Assembly (NCBI GenBank): GCA_028534125.1 | Contig: CM052816.1 | Span: 19,594,001 to 19,658,000, forward strand | DNA: 64,000 nucleotides | Direction: 5' to 3' | DNA from: Lama glama | Taxonomy: Eukaryota | The notes under the pieces: model-generated | Seen by the model: the letters and a program-made list of their open reading frames with translations, nothing else | What the model was told of the DNA's origin: nothing | Databases searched by the model: none | Made by a program: the position numbers and the translations under genes | In this document: piece after piece, positions 60,401 through 64,000 of the stretch | How the letters are laid out: each line of letters opens with the position of its first letter | Numbering within the stretch: position 1 is the first letter of the stretch

Positions 60401-63400
60401 ACAAAAAGAACTCTTAACATCTCAATAAAAAAGACAAACCAAGTTTTAAAATGGATAAAGGATCTAAATAGACATTTCTCCAAAGAAGATAAATAGCCAA
60501 TAAGCACAAGAAAAGATGTTCAATATCATTAACGAATAGGGAAATCCAAATCAAAACCTCAGAAAGATAACACATCACACCCACTAAAATGGCTAAAATC
60601 AAAGACAGGACAATAATAAGCATTGACAAGGACGTGAAGAAATCAATACTTCTATTCATTGCTAGCAGGAATGAAAAATGGTGTAATTGCTGGAAAATAC
60701 TTTGGCCATTCCTCAAAAAGCTAAACATAGTTACCTTATGACCCAAGTATATCCTAGGTATAGACCTGAGAGTCATGAAAACAGGTCCAAAAACCTCTAC
60801 TCAAATGTTCGTAGCAATATTATTTATAATATCTAAAAAGTAGAAATAAGCCAAATATTCACCAACTGATGAAAGGATAAACAAAATGGAGTATATCTAT
60901 ACAATGGAAAACTACTGAGAAATAAAAAGGAGTATTTTTGCAAAAGTTGGGGGGCTAATGAAATACTGATACATGCTACAACATGGATGAACCTTGAAAA
61001 CATTATGTTAAGTGTAAGGCGCCAGTACAAAGGGCCTCATACTATATGGCTCCATTAATATGAAATATCCAGAACAGGCAAGTCTATAGAAACAGAAAGT
61101 AGACTGGCAGTTGCCTAGGTAGGGGAATGAAAAGTGACTACTAATCAGCACAGGGTTTTCTTGTGGGGATGATGAAAGTGTTGTAAAACTGACTATGGTA
61201 ATACTATGGTGACGATATTTAAAACCACTAAATTGTATATTTCAAATGAGTGAACTATAGGATATGTAAATTTTACCTCAATAAAGTTGTATTAGAAAAA
61301 AAGAAAACAGAAATAGAAGGCTATTGTGGTAACTCGTTGGTTATGGATGATGCCAATAGCTGTGAGCAGTTTGGAGATGTGGCAACCTCAAGTGTTTACC
61401 GGATACCTTATATAAGAGATTATATAAGTTTCCTTTTTGGTTGCTTTAATCAATCTTTTTGTTCTTTTTATTACAGTGATGGATAATAGAGAACTTCATC
61501 TGGCACATCATTTGACCAACAGACTTCAATATCTATCTAGTGGACAGGTTTGTGGATCCCTAGTTTTTGATATCTGTTTTTCTGCCACATATTTCACATA
61601 CTTGTTCCATTCTAAACAATGATTGCTTCAACCTTCTTACAGAGCAATAATATTTTAAAATCTGAATAAAAGATTAGAACCAGGCTGATAATGTAGAGAA
61701 ATGAAATATTAAGAATTATAATTTCCCACTCTCATAAGAAAATAGTTATCACATTTAACAGCCACAAAACATTTATCCTGAAAAACAAACTCGATACAAG
61801 CATTCAGAAACTGTGAAAAATTGTGCTCTACACTGGAATTTGACACAACATTGTAAAATGACTGTAACTCAATAAAAAATGTTTATATAGAAAAAAAAAA
61901 AGAAAGAAATTGTGAGACTATTTCCAAAGCAACATGTGGCCAAGGTGTCAATGGCAGGTGAAGGGTGAGAAGAATACAAACTAAAAGATACTCTACTTTT
62001 GGAGATGGGTGGTGGTGATGGTTACACAAATGAGAATGTAATTTATGCCACTCAACTGTATCCTTAAAAATTGTAAAAAGGTAAATCTTGTTATGTATAT
62101 TTTACCATAATTTTTAAAAATAGTTTTTAAAAATATCTTCCACTACTAGTATTCAGTCAAGTGGAATGAAAACCCATCAATAATATGCTTTTTTTTCTTT
62201 GGGGATATGATTTTTTTTCCACTGAGATATAATTCACATACCATAAAAATCACACTTTTCACATATACAATTCAGTGGTTTTTAGTATATTCAAAATAGT
62301 CCCTATTATTGAATAGTTTTTCAACAATGTATCTTCTCTATTCTTAATTGCACAGTCCATCAAAGTAAATACAAAATATTAGAAGAACAAATTTTATAAG
62401 ACTAGGTGAAAACATGCATATTTATTCATATCAAAAGCAACAATTACACCTTTGTTAATGTAAAAAAAAAAAAGATCCCCACCTTTGGTGCACCGAATCC
62501 TCATGACTGCCTCAAAGCCAATCTTTCGAGTGAGGTATCTCTGTAGTTCCTTGTGTAATTTCTGTACTTGGACTGGGTTGTGCTGATGGTGGTAAGAGGG
62601 ATAGTAATAGACACTACCTGCTGAATACCGAGAAATACAACCTGAAAAAGAACACATACTCCTTTTAAATTCTGCCACTACTATTACTATTAATACATTC
62701 TATTACTACACCAGTAACCATAGGCATTTGGATCAATCTTTCTTTAACTTCTTAAATACTGTCAAAAAATGATTATTTCATCCCTTTAAATAGTAATATA
62801 AAAATTTCTCTATTATAAATGTTTAGAATACAAGACTATAAGGTTTACAATAGACTAAACTGACTAATTCTCCCAAGGGAATAAGAATTCGTTCACTTTG
62901 TCCTCCATTTAGAAAACCATCATATAAATACCATTTTGATATTCACGTGACAAAAATAATCATCAGAAAGAACTTACCCAGAGAAGCCAAATCAGAATAC
63001 TGTCCACTGAGAAGGAATAAGTCAACGGCTACCTGCTGACCAGAACAGTCCAAGGCTAATTTCTTATAGAAGTCAGTTGATGGTGTCAAGTGAATGTCCT
63101 ATTAATCATTAAAAAGAGAAAAAAAATTTAAATGATTAAATTGTCATAAAATTTAAATACCTATCTATATATACCAACAGTTGACAATTATTCGTGGGCA
63201 TTCTACAAAATCCTTTTGTTTTGTAATATGTTCTCTCTTTTCAGTAAGAAACATGTACTGCTTAAGAATTTTCTATTTTGTTTTACCTTAAAAAAGAAAT
63301 ACACCTATTATACTAATTTTGCTAATCTATTGAATGCTTAGTATGCTGGAAACTTCTAAATTCACATGTAATATTTTTCAACTATCATAAGAGATGGGTA

Positions 63401-64000
63401 CTATCAATATTTTTACATTATAAATATAAGGAAACAGGGAGGCAAAGGTTGCACATCTAAAAACCAGTGGAACTTAGGCAGACTTATTCCAAGGTTGACA
63501 CCTTAATCATTATAGTATATGGTCACACTTGCATAATCTTTTGAGATATACACACACAAGGTGCTCAAAAGCAATCCATGGCAGTCAACATATAAAATTA
63601 TGACTACTTTTTACTGGTCATCAAGGTTCTAATTTGTCCCTAGCAAGCTTCTTCTCTTGGTCTGCCCAATTTTCTTGTCAAAGGCAGACAGCATTGTTAG
63701 TGGCCTGCTAAATATCTAAACACAAGGTAAGGGTGAATCAAGCAGAAAATAGTGTAATAAAATAGAAATATCTACATAAAAGAGTAATGTTTTATCTATT
63801 TCCTTATATTCTCTCCTCTCTACAACTGAAAAATAAATTTTAAATAAGCCCTGTAGTCAAAGGGACAAAGCACAGCAAAAATCTTGTACATTTGATAAGA
63901 TTTTCTAACCTTAGCAGATGATCTTTGGTTGGGCTCCTCTCTTGGTTTCAAGGCTCCCACTCCAAGAGTTGGGAGCTGTGTTTGAAAGACAGACATTCGA
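45363..64000 (-). CDS. SEC24A: SEC24A COPII coat cargo adaptor, last 11 coding exons (partial; 5' part lies right of the window)
   Basis: Exons splice in frame from RMSVFQTQLPTLGVGALKPREEPN through GFEAVMRIRCTKGL, GERRIRVHT and the gelsolin-like region to SYYEFLLHIQQQVNK*. Confidence 0.97.
45761..45864 (-). CDS. SEC24A: SEC24A exon (~22), 104 nt
   Basis: AATAG|ACA GAC CTT CCA GAA...GTA ATA AG|GTAAGT. Confidence 0.95.
46035..46241 (+). mobile_element. MER58-like hAT-Charlie element
   Basis: GTAAATACTTTAGGCTT...CTCAGCTC...GTTCCAATAAAACTTTATTTACAAAAACA...ATAGTTTGCC. Confidence 0.7.
47226..47318 (-). CDS. SEC24A: SEC24A exon (~21), 93 nt
   Basis: CCCCAG|GTA CTA ATG CTT TGG...ACT ATG|GTAAGA. 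Confidence 0.95.
47629..47733 (-). CDS. SEC24A: SEC24A exon (~20), 105 nt
   Basis: TTTAG|GGA GCA ATC AAT...GGC TCT|GTGAGT. Confidence 0.95.
49672..49809 (-). CDS. SEC24A: SEC24A exon (~19), 138 nt
   Basis: TTACAG|AAA TCA TTT CAG...GAT GAG|GTAAGA. Confidence 0.96.
50570..50880 (-). mobile_element. L2 3' end relic
   Basis: ATTCATCC...ATATTTACTGAGTGCCTACTATGT...CTGTTCTAGATGCTGGGA. Confidence 0.65.
51866..52041 (-). CDS. SEC24A: SEC24A exon (~18), 176 nt
   Basis: GTTAG|CT GTT GAC CGG...AAA CAG|GTAAAA. Confidence 0.96.
52626..52850 (-). mobile_element. Young L1 3' end, inverted, with long T-rich tail
   Basis: Reverse complement of the 1028-1120 element (GTTGTGTCAAATTCCAGTG...CATGGACATATACACACTCATTGTCACA). 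Confidence 0.8.
53466..53603 (-). mobile_element. tRNA-derived SINE (Vic-1-like), inverted
   Basis: Reverse-complement A/B boxes; 12-bp TSD GTTGGATTCTTT. Confidence 0.88.
54295..54405 (-). CDS. SEC24A: SEC24A exon (~17), 111 nt
   Basis: CTCCAAG|GT GAA AGA AGA ATT CGT...AAT ATG G|GTAAGA. Confidence 0.96.
55530..56090 (+). mobile_element. Old L1M 3' region
   Basis: GGAACTCTCATATACTGCTGATGGGAATGCAAAATG...CTGGAAACAACCCAAGTGT...GCAACAACATGGATGAATCTCAA. Confidence 0.7.
57061..57234 (-). CDS. SEC24A: SEC24A exon (~16), 174 nt
   Basis: TTCTAG|GT CTT TCC ATT CAT...AGC AAA G|GTAAGT. Confidence 0.96.
57344..58143 (+). mobile_element. MER21-like ERVL LTR
   Basis: TGTGATATTGTG...CTGGCACAGAGCTCCT...AGGATGGGGG...TGTAATGAAGCCTCCATAAAAACCC...AATAAACCAGTAA; right end approximate. 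Confidence 0.7.
58859..59003 (+). mobile_element. tRNA-derived SINE (Vic-1-like) with long A tail
   Basis: GGTATAGCTCAAGTGGTAGAA...GAGGTCCTGGGTTCAATCCCCAGTAC. Confidence 0.88.
58980..59058 (+). repeat. Poly(A) grading into imperfect (GAG/AAG)n purine tract
   Basis: Read directly from the sequence. Confidence 0.9.
59410..61300 (+). mobile_element. L1MB-like fragment (ORF2 3' half plus 3'UTR), degenerate
   Basis: GCAGGATACAAGATCAATATACAAA, AAATAAATGGAAAGACAT, CTGGCATAAGGATAGACATATAGA, CATGCTACAACATGGATGAACCTTGAAAACATT. Confidence 0.8.
61812..61904 (+). mobile_element. Very short young L1 3' end
   Basis: GAAAAATTGTGCTCTACACTGGAATTTGACACAACATTGTAAAATGACT...AATAAA; flanking AGAAA(C/T)TGTGA repeat. 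Confidence 0.7.
62483..62641 (-). CDS. SEC24A: SEC24A exon (~15), 159 nt
   Basis: TTTCAG|GT TGT ATT TCT CGG...ACC AAA G|GTGGGG. Confidence 0.94.
62978..63098 (-). CDS. SEC24A: SEC24A exon (~14), 121 nt
   Basis: AATAG|GAC ATT CAC TTG ACA CCA...CTG G|GTAAGT; STDFYKKLALDCSGQQVAVDLF. Confidence 0.95.
63910..64000 (-). CDS. SEC24A: SEC24A exon (~13), truncated by the window edge
   Basis: ...CGA ATG TCT GTC TTT CAA...GCT AAG|GTTAGA. Confidence 0.93.

Overview
Mammalian genomic DNA, most likely camelid. The evidence is eight copies of a tRNA-derived SINE resembling Vic-1 and no recognisable Alu, Bov-A or Can-SINE. Three genes lie head-to-tail on the minus strand, in the order known from human 5q31: the last 11 coding exons and ~2.8 kb 3'UTR of SEC24A (64000->~42510), the complete 4-exon CAMLG gene (296 aa; CDS 37090->29922), and exons 1-13 of DDX46/Prp5 (25590->5054, continuing off the left edge). 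All exons were placed by reading splice sites, and the phases join without stops. CAMLG and DDX46 have CpG-island promoters. Introns carry L1, L2, MIR, DNA-transposon relics, a MER21-like LTR and a young solo LTR nested in an L1. The most interesting unexplained structure is in DDX46 introns 10 and 12: several splice-site-flanked candidate poison exons, plus a U1-like element that can pair either with a local decoy copy of the exon-12 donor or with the real donor 1.65 kb away. Together these suggest, by inference only, an autoregulatory unproductive-splicing switch. Repeat family names and exon numbering come from recalled consensus and orthologue knowledge, not from database searches.
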